The translations under genes and the position numbers were made by a program. A stretch of DNA of 64,000 bases from NCBI GenBank assembly GCA_050730875.1, contig JBOHNX010000002.1:92805-156804 (forward strand). Reading direction: 5' to 3'. The notes below the pieces were generated by a model. The model made no database searches. It worked only from the letters and a program-made list of their open reading frames with translations, and was not told the origin of the DNA. Shown here piece by piece: positions 28,448-37,088 of the stretch (within the stretch, counting starts at the first letter, position 1; each line of letters opens with the position of its first letter). This stretch comes from Candidatus Saccharimonadales bacterium (GTDB lineage: Bacteria; Patescibacteriota; Saccharimonadia; Saccharimonadales; EFPC-124).

Positions 28448-29868
28448 ATGCCAGCTCCCATGGTTGTTGCCTCGAGCAATTGCTGTTTAAGCACATCGAT
28501 ACTCGCATCATCGGTGACCGATGATGCTGCGTCGCGCGCCTGCTTTTTTAGCAAGCCAACATTTAACTGACGCTGTCCGGCGCTCGCCAGCACTGTTTCT
28601 AAGACGAGCTGCTGCTCGACCAAACTAAACAACTCTTTTGGCGTTTGGCGAAAGGCTTCGATTATAAACTGTCCAAGCTGGAGGTCCTGCTTTGTTTCGG
28701 GCGCTAAATCGGACCCAAAGTGGGCAAATTCGGCAGCTTGCCGGTAGTCGGCCAATTTTTTAAACAAAGTACCAGAAAGTGTTTTTTGACGTGGCGTTTG
28801 CGCCCGCCCACCAACGCGCGACACCGACAGGCCAGCGTTTACAGCCGGGCGAATGTTGCGGCGGAAACTTTCGAGGTCGAAGATAATCTGCCCATCGGTA
28901 ATCGACATAATGCTCGTTGGTAAGAATGCCGTAATGTCGTCGCCTGGCGTAATGACTACGGGCAGGGCGGTCAGCGTTTTGCCATTGCTTTCTAGTTTGC
29001 CCGCGCGTTCCAACAGCGACGAATGGGCAAAAAACATATCGCCGGGGTACGAATCGCGGCCTGGGTTACCATGGGACATCAGTGCGACCTCACGGTATAC
29101 TTTGGCGTGGCTGGAAAGGTCATCATACATGATCACCACATCGCGGCCGTTATGCCACAGATGCTCCGCAATTGCGCAGCCAATGTACGGCGCTAAGTAT
29201 GATTGTCCCAGGGAATCGAAGATATTTGCAACGACGATAATACTATTGTTGATGGCACCAGACTCGGTGAGCGAATGGATGAGTTGGTCAATTTCAACAC
29301 GGCGTTTACCGATAAGGACATACACGACCACACGATCGCTATCGGCCTGATTGACGCCAAGCTGCATTAAAAAGCTACTTTTACCCGATTTTGTATCGCC
29401 TAAAATAGCGATGCGCTGCCCAAGCACAATCGGGAATAGCATATCGACAACCGTAACGCCGGATGGCAACTGCTGGTTGAGGAGTGCACGTTCCATCATG
29501 CCTGGGGCTTGGTTAAAGACCGGCCAGGTTCCAGCCAGTTGCACATGGCCTTTGCCATCCAGCGGCTGACAAAGCGGATTTATGACCCGGCCAATCAACC
29601 CTTCGCCTACGCCTGTTACAAGGACATTATCTTGCAAAACTGCCAGGCTGCCGAGCGGCGTGTTTTCCGACTCCAAGTTTAAAACCAGCACTGTGTCTTC
29701 GCCCACTTCGCGCACCATGCCGCGTTGGCCAGATTCGAACATAACAAGCGCATTGGCTGCTACGCCATCGAGCCCTTTGACGCGCACTAAAAAACGGTCG
29801 GTTCCTACGACTTCGCCAGTCGCGTTCCCCTGTTCAACAAGTTGGCTGAATAAACTATTCTCAAACAC
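28444..29868 (-). CDS. atpA: F-type ATPase alpha subunit (divergent, 474 aa)
   Basis: Walker A reads GDTKSGKSS (canonical GDRQTGKT). ITDGQIIFDLESF and AVNAGLSVSRVGG are alpha-like. Confidence 0.8.
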
Positions 29869-30331
29869 CGGCTAGCTCCGAAATACGCGCTTTATTATCT
29901 AAAATTTGGCGCTTAAACGAGAAATCATACATGTGCGAGCCAGCTTGGAGGATTGCACCGCCACCAATGTCGCTCCGAGCTACAAACGTTAACAGGCAGT
30001 CCGGATGAATTTCGGTACGAAACCAGAGCGTCAGTTGCCGTTTTACGGCGCGGTTGGGTAGCACGGCGAACGTTAGGTGTACAACCGGAGATTTTTCTAA
30101 CTTTTGTTCGAGCTCGTCCACCAGATTTTCCAAGCTTCCGCGGTCATTCTCAGCAGATGCTGTCTCGAGAAATGACTTAAGAAATTCGGATGCGAACGGT
30201 TGTTCGGTTGTCGCTTCGGGCTTCACTTTGGCGCGTACGGCCACGTCGCGCAAGCCGCCTACATAACTTCGCAGCTCCATTATGAGCGTACTCAACTGAT
30301 CGGGAGAATATAGGTCGATCGGCAAATTCAC
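29861..30331 (-). CDS. atpH: F-type ATPase delta (OSCP) subunit
   Basis: 156 aa. Position in the operon, and C-terminal IGGGAILQAGSHMYDFSFKRQI resembles the OSCP C-terminus. Confidence 0.65.
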   Translation of the reverse strand: MNLPIDLYSPDQLSTLIMELRSYVGGLRDVAVRAKVKPEATTEQPFASEFLKSFLETASAENDRGSLENLVDELEQKLEKSPVVHLTFAVLPNRAVKRQLTLWFRTEIHPDCLLTFVARSDIGGGAILQAGSHMYDFSFKRQILDNKARISELAGV

Positions 30332-30939
30332 GACAGCATATCCCGCTTAATATCTTCTTTGCGTTTCTGCAACGACTGCAGGATATAGCTCATTTGCGCA
30401 CCTAAATCTACCTGGTTGCCGAGGCTTTCAGCTACATAGCTCGCCACCACGCTATTGAGCCGCTCATCAAATTGGTTCAAACGTCGCTCACGCTCTTTGG
30501 CTACCTCTTTATCGAGTTCAGCGAGTAGTTGGTCGCGGCGTTGGTCGAGCTCTTGTTGCAGCTGGCTAAACTGCTCGATACTTTGGTCACGCAATCCTTG
30601 CAAACTTATCTGGTATTTTTCGAATTCCTGGCTTATTGCCGCCGTTGTTGTTTCGTTCACCTGCGCTACCAGCTGATCAACTTGCTTGGCAACCGATTGT
30701 TGCAGGCGCTGTGCCTCGTCGTGGACTGTTTGATGCAGCTGCTCGCTGGCTTGTTTCTGAACCTGCGAAACATCTATTTCAGAAAGAATTTTACTCGCAT
30801 CAACTTGCACCGCATACTGTTTAGAGGTTGGACGGCCGCGCAACCTGTGGTCTAGGTACGATGCCCAGATGAGACTGGCTGCGTTAACCATCGCTAACAC
30901 AACAAGGCCGGCGACCAGGAAAAGCTGCAATGGATCCAC
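30328..30939 (-). CDS. atpF: F-type ATPase b subunit-like (TM plus long coiled coil)
   Basis: 203 aa. N-terminal TM LFLVAGLVVLAMVNAASLIW followed by a Q/E/R-rich helix. Position is immediately upstream of atpH. Confidence 0.6.
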   Translation of the reverse strand: MDPLQLFLVAGLVVLAMVNAASLIWASYLDHRLRGRPTSKQYAVQVDASKILSEIDVSQVQKQASEQLHQTVHDEAQRLQQSVAKQVDQLVAQVNETTTAAISQEFEKYQISLQGLRDQSIEQFSQLQQELDQRRDQLLAELDKEVAKERERRLNQFDERLNSVVASYVAESLGNQVDLGAQMSYILQSLQKRKEDIKRDMLS

Positions 30940-30951
30940 ACATAACTCCCA

Positions 30952-31782
30952 CTAAGTTGTTAAGATCAAATATATAGCAATAAGCGTAAGCAGTAAAATA
31001 CCGATGATCGTCAGACCAACCTCAAGCAGGCCTTTTCGGACGGCTACTTCAGAAAGCGGGTTACGGCCAATCGAGATAATGCTCGATTTTACGGCCGAAT
31101 AAAGCAACGCTAAGATGCTCGCAAAGGCAAGGACCAGCGCACCGGCTGCGATCAACACACGCACCGGCGAGACCTGGTGGCCGGCGATGTTATTGGCAAA
31201 GTCTTGCAGAAAGCCTGGCAGAAATGTTGAACGATCATCGGGCGATGCATAGAATGTAACGTTTACCTGTACCGGTATCAGCCCGACACGTACCAGTTGC
31301 TGCCTGCCCTCCCGGTCAGTTATAGTGCGTTCGGTCGGTTTTGCGCCACTAAGATCTGCCTGGGCCGTACCAACAATTTGGATACTGTCGGTCGCCTTCA
31401 TGCCAACCCCAGCGATGGGCGAAGCCGTAATTTTATCGCCCGTCTTTACCTCGCCGTTAATATCGCTGACGAGAGCCAGCGTAAGCCCGCCTGTTACAAC
31501 CTGAACCGACTTACTATCTTGCGATAATTCAATCAGGGGCTTCTCAGCAACAACACCTATGAGCTGATCGGTCCGCTCTATATTGCCAAGTTCAACAGTG
31601 TTTGGGCTCCCTGGTTTTAAGCTCATCAAAGCACCGGTAGCCACATCTGTTTCAGACGTTTGAAAACCCTGGGCGATCGCCCCACGGCCTTCGGCTTTCA
31701 GGGGTACATTCGTCACGCACAGCAAAATAATCAGGACGACTCCTAGGCTTATGTACCCTATTTCTGTGGCGTAACGACGCAT
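30952..31782 (-). CDS. hypothetical membrane protein occupying the atpE position (signal/TM, about 190-aa beta-rich ectodomain, C-terminal two-helix hairpin)
   Basis: The ATG at 31782 (MRRYATEIG) is preferred. C-terminus LIAAGALVLAFASILALLYSAVKSSIISIGRNPLSEVAVRKGLLEVGLTIIGILLLTLIAIYLIL. Confidence 0.55.
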   Translation of the reverse strand: MRRYATEIGYISLGVVLIILLCVTNVPLKAEGRGAIAQGFQTSETDVATGALMSLKPGSPNTVELGNIERTDQLIGVVAEKPLIELSQDSKSVQVVTGGLTLALVSDINGEVKTGDKITASPIAGVGMKATDSIQIVGTAQADLSGAKPTERTITDREGRQQLVRVGLIPVQVNVTFYASPDDRSTFLPGFLQDFANNIAGHQVSPVRVLIAAGALVLAFASILALLYSAVKSSIISIGRNPLSEVAVRKGLLEVGLTIIGILLLTLIAIYLILTT

Positions 31783-31874
31783 GAGCAGCAACACTGCCGG
31801 CCCTTGATTAATATGGTTATGATTATAGCGTACTTTCTGGGCGCTTGGAGTATAACAACCCACCCAAGCGTTTG

Positions 31875-32402
31875 TTACTGTTTGGCTTGTTTGATAGCCT
31901 GAACGACTTTGCTGTCGTCCCTGAGATTTTCCCAAAAGAGAACTTGGTCGCGGCTAACATGCATAGCGTCTTCAGGGCCATGCAATTCACTCCCCAATTT
32001 TGCGAGCGAAACCTGCGGTTGCTCCCCAGACTTTTGTTGGGCCGGTTGAATCGGTTGCTGTACCTGTAGGTAGTAAATTTCACTGAGTTTTACATAGCTA
32101 TCGTTAACGTCAGTCAAGCGCCCAAAATAGACCTGGCCGTTGGTCAAGAAAAGTGCCTGGTATTGGTTGGTTTTTACCTCGGTATTACCTTTGGCCGACC
32201 ACAAGAAGTAGCCGCCAACCGCCAAAAGTAGTAGTACAGTTGCAATAACGACATGTACAATCCACCACTTTTTCCCATTTGGTTGCTGCCACGAAGTAGC
32301 CGGACGGTCGCCAGATGGACGCACTGCTTGCGGCTGCGTGGGCTGGGCGCCACGGTTATCACTTGGTTGAGAATTAGCTCTAAAATCCATACGTTTCCCC
32401 AA
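31875..32402 (-). CDS. hypothetical membrane-anchored protein (occupies the atpB position)
   Basis: 175 aa. Disordered N-terminus, one TM (WWIVHVVIATVLLLLAVGGYFLW), then NGQVYFGRLTDVNDSYVKLSEIYYLQ...ELHGPEDAMHV. Confidence 0.55.
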   Translation of the reverse strand: MGKRMDFRANSQPSDNRGAQPTQPQAVRPSGDRPATSWQQPNGKKWWIVHVVIATVLLLLAVGGYFLWSAKGNTEVKTNQYQALFLTNGQVYFGRLTDVNDSYVKLSEIYYLQVQQPIQPAQQKSGEQPQVSLAKLGSELHGPEDAMHVSRDQVLFWENLRDDSKVVQAIKQAKQ

Positions 32403-32482
32403 ATCCTTTATTTAGTTTAAGTCTAGCTAAGTTAGCCTACTAGCACAAGCAGTTTGACGCTTACAGGACTTCTATTTTGATT

Positions 32483-32511
32483 TTGCAAAAATGTCGCAAT
32501 TTGCATACAAT
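32483..32511 (+). promoter_or_regulatory. sigma70-like promoter with overlapping palindromic operator upstream of fur
   Basis: TTGCAA (32483-32488), 17 nt, TACAAT (32506-32511). Perfect palindrome TTTTGCAAAA at 32481-32490, and TGCAAA...TTTGCA inverted repeat across the spacer. Confidence 0.5.
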
Positions 32512-32519
32512 AGAAAGTG

Positions 32520-32933
32520 ATGGAAGCTGGTATAAGTAAGTTCAAAACCACCCTTAAAGAAGCGGGTTGTAGCACGACAAAAAGCCGTATGCGCATTTTT
32601 ACCTACCTACTCAGCACTGGCCCGATGAGTGTAGGGACACTCGCCTCGCGGCTGCGCAAAGACGCCGACCGCGCAACCGTGTACCGCACTATCGAACTTT
32701 TCGAAAAATTAGGTATTGTTAACCGAATTTGGCACGGCTTTAAACATCAGATTGAACTAAGCGAAATTTTTACGCCGCACCACCACCATGCCTTGTGCCA
32801 AAACTGCGGCCGCACCATGGACATTGCAAGCTCAGAGCTGGAAGCCGAGCTTGCCCAGCTTGCCAAACGTCATAGCTTTTTGGCACTCAGCCACTCTGTT
32901 GAATTGCTAGGTTATTGTAAAAATTGCCATTAA
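32520..32933 (+). CDS. fur: Fur-family metal-responsive transcriptional regulator
   Basis: Winged-helix N-terminus (VYRTIELFEKLGIV), HHHHALCQNCG and GYCKNCH metal sites. Confidence 0.8.
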   Translation: MEAGISKFKTTLKEAGCSTTKSRMRIFTYLLSTGPMSVGTLASRLRKDADRATVYRTIELFEKLGIVNRIWHGFKHQIELSEIFTPHHHHALCQNCGRTMDIASSELEAELAQLAKRHSFLALSHSVELLGYCKNCH

Positions 32934-33247
32934 ATTTGCCTGCAGAAAAGTTTTTTTGAGTGAAAAACTTTAGCATTCCAAAAAGCCAGCAGGCTAATAG
33001 TGAAGAGTTTTACGGTCATAAAATTCTACATACGGTCGGCTTGTCATTGTGAAATGCCACAATCTACGCCTCACCTCCGTTTGTAATTACCCTTCACCTA
33101 TGTTCTAATGGAACTGCAGGTGCTTGGGTGAAGTTACTGCTGTGCGCAGACGCACACTGTGTTTTGATGCATCGTGTGAAGCAGGTGAGCAGTTTTTTCT
33201 CAAAGCGGTCGTGTCCTGCTTTAATTTTTTTGAATAAGGAAACGTTC

Positions 33248-33577
33248 ATGGCAGTAAAACTCTATGTTGGCAACCTACCCTACTCGACTACCGATTCTGA
33301 CTTGCAAGAGCTGTTTGGCCCGTTTGGTACTGTAGAATCAAGCGTGGTGATTAGCGATCGTGATTCTGGCCGCTCGAAAGGGTTCGGATTTGTCGAACTA
33401 AGCAGCGCCGATGAAGCGAAAGCTGCAGTCGATGCCCTCAACGGCAAAGATTACGGTGGTCGCGCCATTGTGGTAAGCGAAGCTCGCCCAATGGAAGATC
33501 GTCCAAAACGCACCGGTGGTGGCTTCCGCGGAAACGGCGGTGGCAGCGGTGGCGGCTTTCGTCAACGCAGCTGGTAA
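33248..33577 (+). CDS. RRM-type RNA-binding protein with Gly-rich tail
   Basis: KLYVGNLPYS (RNP-2), KGFGFVEL (RNP-1), and a C-terminal GGGFRGNGGGSGGGFRQ tail. AAGGAA SD before the ATG at 33248. Confidence 0.85.
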   Translation: MAVKLYVGNLPYSTTDSDLQELFGPFGTVESSVVISDRDSGRSKGFGFVELSSADEAKAAVDALNGKDYGGRAIVVSEARPMEDRPKRTGGGFRGNGGGSGGGFRQRSW

Positions 33578-33600
33578 GCTCGCTTAGGCAGAGTAAAGGA

Positions 33601-33633
33601 ACTGCTCCTCTTAACGAGGAGTAGTTTTATTTT
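33601..33633 (+). terminator. rho-independent terminator of the RRM gene
   Basis: ACUGCUCCUC-uuaac-GAGGAGUAGU followed by UUUAUUUU. One G-U pair is valid only on the plus strand. Confidence 0.75.
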
Positions 33634-34037
33634 GTACGAACGAGACGTTTTTCCACTAGCTGTTCGTGGCGCTCAACAAATTCCTGGCGCAGTTTACGAA
33701 AATCATCTTGTAAGTCATCGAGTTCTTTGTCGGTCAGCTCTTCAAGATCAACAAGATCTGTGCGGGCGGTGCGCATGGCTTTCAAAAGCTCATCTAACTT
33801 CAGGTGCATAGCACGATTATCACGATTCTGAGTGTTTTGGATCAAGAAAACAATCAGGAATGTCGTAACTGAACAGGTAGTATTGATAAGAAGCAGCCAA
33901 CTGTCGCTAAAGCCCCATAAGAATCCGCCGACTAACCACAAACCAACTAAGACGAAGGCAAATACAAACGCCCATGATGAGCCAACGCGCCGAGCAATGC
34001 GCACTGCAAAACGGTGAAATAGTTCGTTAATACTCAT
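33627..34037 (-). CDS. low-affinity iron permease family protein
   Basis: 136 aa. FLIVFLIQNTQNRDNRAMHLKLDELL is the hallmark of this family. Confidence 0.7.
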   Translation of the reverse strand: MSINELFHRFAVRIARRVGSSWAFVFAFVLVGLWLVGGFLWGFSDSWLLLINTTCSVTTFLIVFLIQNTQNRDNRAMHLKLDELLKAMRTARTDLVDLEELTDKELDDLQDDFRKLRQEFVERHEQLVEKRLVRTK

Positions 34038-34077
34038 ATTTGTTTTTTTAGTGAAGTTGTTAGTGCTTAGTATACGA

Positions 34078-34683
34078 CTAACGGTAGATAATGGCTAGAC
34101 TTGCTTGGGTACGGATTGTACATGGATGCGTGCGTTGCCATTCCTCAATTGCACGGCGCACACCTGGTAAAGCTTCTGTATGATAATCGTCGACAATAAT
34201 AGTTGCGCCGGGACTCAGCCTTGGCCACACCAGCCGCAAGCTAGCTAAAATCGAGCTATAAAAATCGCCATCTAAAAATGCGAAGCTAATTTGCGATGGC
34301 ACGTCATCTGGGGTGAATTCTTCGAACCAACCCTTATGAATCGTCGGGAGTGGCAAGCCAGCCTGTTTGAAGTGTTTAATTAATTGCGACTTTGTCGCAA
34401 TTAATTCGCCTTGTTTAAACTGCTCGCCGGCCGGACTTTGGTCCTCGCTAGTCTTGGGCGGCAAGCCAGCGAACGAATCGTAGACATGTAATTTTTTATT
34501 TCCGCCATATTGCAAAAGGAGACGCTGTAAAAATAACGAGGTGGTGCCTGCAAAGCAACCAAACTCTACAACGTCGCCTTTTACCTCCTGCTTTAGTACC
34601 TTTTCTAGTTCAAGGAGAATAATTTCGAGTTCTTTAGCGTCGACTTGGTCTGAAACAATCGGGTATGCACGAATTAGATCCAC
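34078..34683 (-). CDS. class I SAM-dependent methyltransferase (TylF/macrocin-O-MT-like)
   Basis: VEFGCFAGTTSLFL (SAM motif I), YDSFAGLP, FAFLDGDFYSSILASL and IIVDDY. Confidence 0.65.
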   Translation of the reverse strand: MDLIRAYPIVSDQVDAKELEIILLELEKVLKQEVKGDVVEFGCFAGTTSLFLQRLLLQYGGNKKLHVYDSFAGLPPKTSEDQSPAGEQFKQGELIATKSQLIKHFKQAGLPLPTIHKGWFEEFTPDDVPSQISFAFLDGDFYSSILASLRLVWPRLSPGATIIVDDYHTEALPGVRRAIEEWQRTHPCTIRTQASLAIIYR

Positions 34684-34692
34684 ACCTCTATT

Positions 34693-34959
34693 CTAAATTC
34701 GTCGGGCGGTTTCATCCAATGTCTTTTCGCTCCACTTGCCTGCTTCTTTTGCTTTGTCGCCCATTTGGCGCAAGATTGTACGAGCTTTGTCTTTGCCTTC
34801 AATAAATTTTTCTTGGCTCCGATGGCGCATTTCGAGCATTCTGCGGCGTATGTCAGCGCGCGTTTCGTGACCACTCTTTGGGGCGAATAGCATGCCAGCG
34901 GCGTAGCCAATACCCGCAGCTAGGACGGTGAAGGTTAGGAGTCGTACTTCTTTGTTCAT
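34693..34959 (-). CDS. YtxH-domain protein
   Basis: 88 aa. AAGIGYAAGMLFAPKSGHETRADIRRR is the YtxH signature. Confidence 0.7.
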   Translation of the reverse strand: MNKEVRLLTFTVLAAGIGYAAGMLFAPKSGHETRADIRRRMLEMRHRSQEKFIEGKDKARTILRQMGDKAKEAGKWSEKTLDETARRI

Positions 34960-34973
34960 AGCTTCTCCTTATA

Positions 34974-35169
34974 GGTGTGGAGAAGACGAGCTTCATATCT
35001 TGCTCGCTCGTAGTTCGCTTCGCTCACCTCGCTCGGCCAAGCATAGATTACATAGACTGCCACTGGCAGTCTATGGGCGCCAGGTTGGCTGGACAATTCC
35101 TTGGAGCTTGTTAAGACGAGCGGGCGCCAGGCGGAAAACCAACTCTGGCGCCGAGGGACCGCACACACC
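34974..35169. repeat. structured intergenic element containing the third copy of the conserved 45-nt core found in the tRNA-Asn modules
   Basis: 35001-35043 (TGCTCGCTCGTAGTTCGCTTCGCTCACCTCGCTCGGCCAAGC) is about 90% identical to 58437-58480. Flanking helices: GGUGUG/CACACC (34974/35164), TAGACTGCC-ACT-GGCAGTCTA (35053-35073) and GGCGCCAG...CTGGCGCC (35123-35152). Confidence 0.5.
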
Positions 35170-35276
35170 TTATTATTGCCCCTCAACTATGAGCTTACTG
35201 ATGCGCCTAAAAAATGAAAATGAAAAATTTCACTTTGTGAATCATTTTATAGACTTAAACATAGTAAACTAAATAT

Positions 35277-35918
35277 ATGGAGGAGTGGCGTCAATTCATC
35301 ACAAAATTCTCGCTCCGGTCCTACCAAAAAGGCCAACTCATCGTTTGCCAGGACACGGTTCCTCCTTATTGTTACGTTGTGCGCAAAGGTTTTGTAAAAA
35401 CCTACCTTATCACTGCCGAAGGGGACGAGAAGCCAATTAGCTTCGAGGGTAAAAACGACATTTTCCCATTTGATGTCGTCTTTGGTCATTCACAAGAAGC
35501 GAAATATTACTACGAGGCCTACACCGATTGCGAGCTGTACCACATTCCGTGCAACGAGTTTATCGCCTTTGTGAAAGTGCACCCTCACCTGTTTACGCGA
35601 TTATTCCACTACCTCATAGACCGTACGCTGGGCTACCACGAACATATTGCCAGCTTAGAGCATGCCAAGGCGGTCGACAAACTACTGTTTGCACTTAATC
35701 TGCTCACCAAACGGTTTGGCAGGCAGGTTGCCCGCAGCCGCTCGCTTATGATGTTGCCCATCACTCAGCAAGACCTTGCTAATTTCCTTGGACTGACGCG
35801 CGAAACAACCGGTACGCAGCTCAAAACGCTCGAGCGTGAGGGTGTACTGCGCTATCATCGGCAAAAATACACTATCTACACTGACCGTCTTCATTCGCTG
35901 CTGGAAGAACGGGGTTAG
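35277..35918 (+). CDS. Crp/Fnr-family transcriptional regulator
   Basis: N-terminal cNMP-binding-like beta-roll and a C-terminal HTH (ITQQDLANFLGLTRETTGTQLKTLEREGVL). Confidence 0.8.
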   Translation: MEEWRQFITKFSLRSYQKGQLIVCQDTVPPYCYVVRKGFVKTYLITAEGDEKPISFEGKNDIFPFDVVFGHSQEAKYYYEAYTDCELYHIPCNEFIAFVKVHPHLFTRLFHYLIDRTLGYHEHIASLEHAKAVDKLLFALNLLTKRFGRQVARSRSLMMLPITQQDLANFLGLTRETTGTQLKTLEREGVLRYHRQKYTIYTDRLHSLLEERG

Positions 35919-35939
35919 GGGTTATGAGATGAGCCCTAG

Positions 35940-36278
35940 CTACTCGCGCTGTTTCACCCTCGGCGCCCACTGATTATTCAAAATTGCTAACTGTTTTTCT
36001 ATGCGCTGCAGGCGCTTATGGATAACCTCTTCATCGTTTCTCTTTTTGGCACCCCTCAGTAAATACATGAGGAGAACAACCAAAATAAGCAGCTGCAAAA
36101 ACGTTGCCTGCCAGTTTGCGAGTGTCAGGCCCAGAAAGTGTGGCCAAAAAGCATCCCAACTAAATGGCTTTACGGTGAGTGCTTGTGCTATAAATTGTCC
36201 GGCAATACTCAGGGCGAATAATCCCACCAGCAACATCAAAAATTTGTACTCTTGCCGTAAATGGCCACTACTTTCCAT
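35940..36278 (-). CDS. hypothetical membrane protein
   Basis: 112 aa with two TM helices and a basic C-terminal helix. Confidence 0.45.
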   Translation of the reverse strand: MESSGHLRQEYKFLMLLVGLFALSIAGQFIAQALTVKPFSWDAFWPHFLGLTLANWQATFLQLLILVVLLMYLLRGAKKRNDEEVIHKRLQRIEKQLAILNNQWAPRVKQRE

Positions 36279-36287
36279 ATCCCCTCG

Positions 36288-36581
36288 CTATCGTTCAACA
36301 AATTTGCAAAACCGACTTATGTGTCCCTCCGCTGTTGTTTCTTGATATAAAAATGCCAAGCTTTCTGCTTCGAATTTACGGAAAAAACTGTCCCAGCTAA
36401 TTTCTTCTAGTGAATCTTCGTTGCCCCAATCGCCGTCAGGGCCTTCGGGGAAATCTATCCGCAAAATACCTATACTACTCTCTTTAGCCGTGCCCCTAAC
36501 TTGCGCAGGGCGACCGCCCCGGGCCTCTGCCCATTCGCGGATTTCGGTATGGTCAGTGGTCCGTTTTGCGTCGCTGCTCAT
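36288..36581 (-). CDS. conserved hypothetical protein (97 aa)
   Basis: Intact ORF. ATGA start/stop overlap with the upstream ORF. The motif IREWAEARGGRPA...ISWDSFFRKFE looks conserved, but I cannot name the family. Confidence 0.5.
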   Translation of the reverse strand: MSSDAKRTTDHTEIREWAEARGGRPAQVRGTAKESSIGILRIDFPEGPDGDWGNEDSLEEISWDSFFRKFEAESLAFLYQETTAEGHISRFCKFVER

Positions 36582-36835
36582 GGCTCTCCTCGTTCAATGT
36601 CTCTGCTTCGTTGGTGCGGGCCGCCGGCGTCTTCTTCGTCAAGATCTGCATCGGCATCGCCATCTTCGCTTGGGCGACCACCTGCCCCCTCGCGCATCTG
36701 GCCTTCGCCCATTGCCTCGCCAAGTTTCCGCTCGCCTTTTAGTCCATCGGCGCCAAGGTCTTGATCCTCAAGATCTTTTACTCGTTCACCTTCGTCATCG
36801 TTGGTATGGCCTGGAACATGTGTCATGCTTTGCAA
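36578..36835 (-). CDS. acidic, low-complexity hypothetical protein (85 aa)
   Basis: Translationally coupled (ATGA) to 36288..36581. D/E/G-rich. A long antisense ORF also exists, so the call is tentative. Confidence 0.35.
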   Translation of the reverse strand: MQSMTHVPGHTNDDEGERVKDLEDQDLGADGLKGERKLGEAMGEGQMREGAGGRPSEDGDADADLDEEDAGGPHQRSRDIERGEP

Positions 36836-37088
36836 CCCCTTTCGTTTTTTAGTAATTCACTCTGACTAATTGTGCCCCTAAGTAGCGTAAGCGGCTATGA
36901 AATATTTCACTAGACCTTGCCACAGAATAATTTTGGAGGCAGAAAGTGAATTAGTTTTGAGCGAAAACCGTGCAGCGGGAGGAAGCGTACCGGAAGTACT
37001 CTGACGAGCGCTAAGCGGTTTGCAGCCAAAAATAATCAGTTTCTGATCCAAAACTTTATTTTGTGGCAAGGTCTTGTATGCTAAAGCT

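Noticed and set aside
34674-34910. ORF 34674-34910 (78 aa), and plus-strand ORFs 34928-35272 and 59667-59879 that translate the repeated core (ILLARSSLRSPRSAK-like).
   Set aside because: The first is an out-of-frame overlap of the well-supported YtxH gene. The others have no start context, and conservation follows nucleotide and hairpin structure rather than codons.
36421-36852. Plus-strand ORF 36421-36852 (143 aa), opposite the two small acidic/conserved ORFs.
   Set aside because: The Arg/Pro/Leu-rich translation is typical of the antisense of an acidic coding region. The minus-strand pair shows ATGA translational coupling. This remains somewhat uncertain for the 85-aa acidic ORF.
36960-37030. 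Hammerhead-like CUGACGAG-CGCUAAGCG motif upstream of the MurC-like gene.
   Set aside because: The required GAAAC core and cleavage-site helix are absent (GUUUGC follows stem II). It is a chance match.
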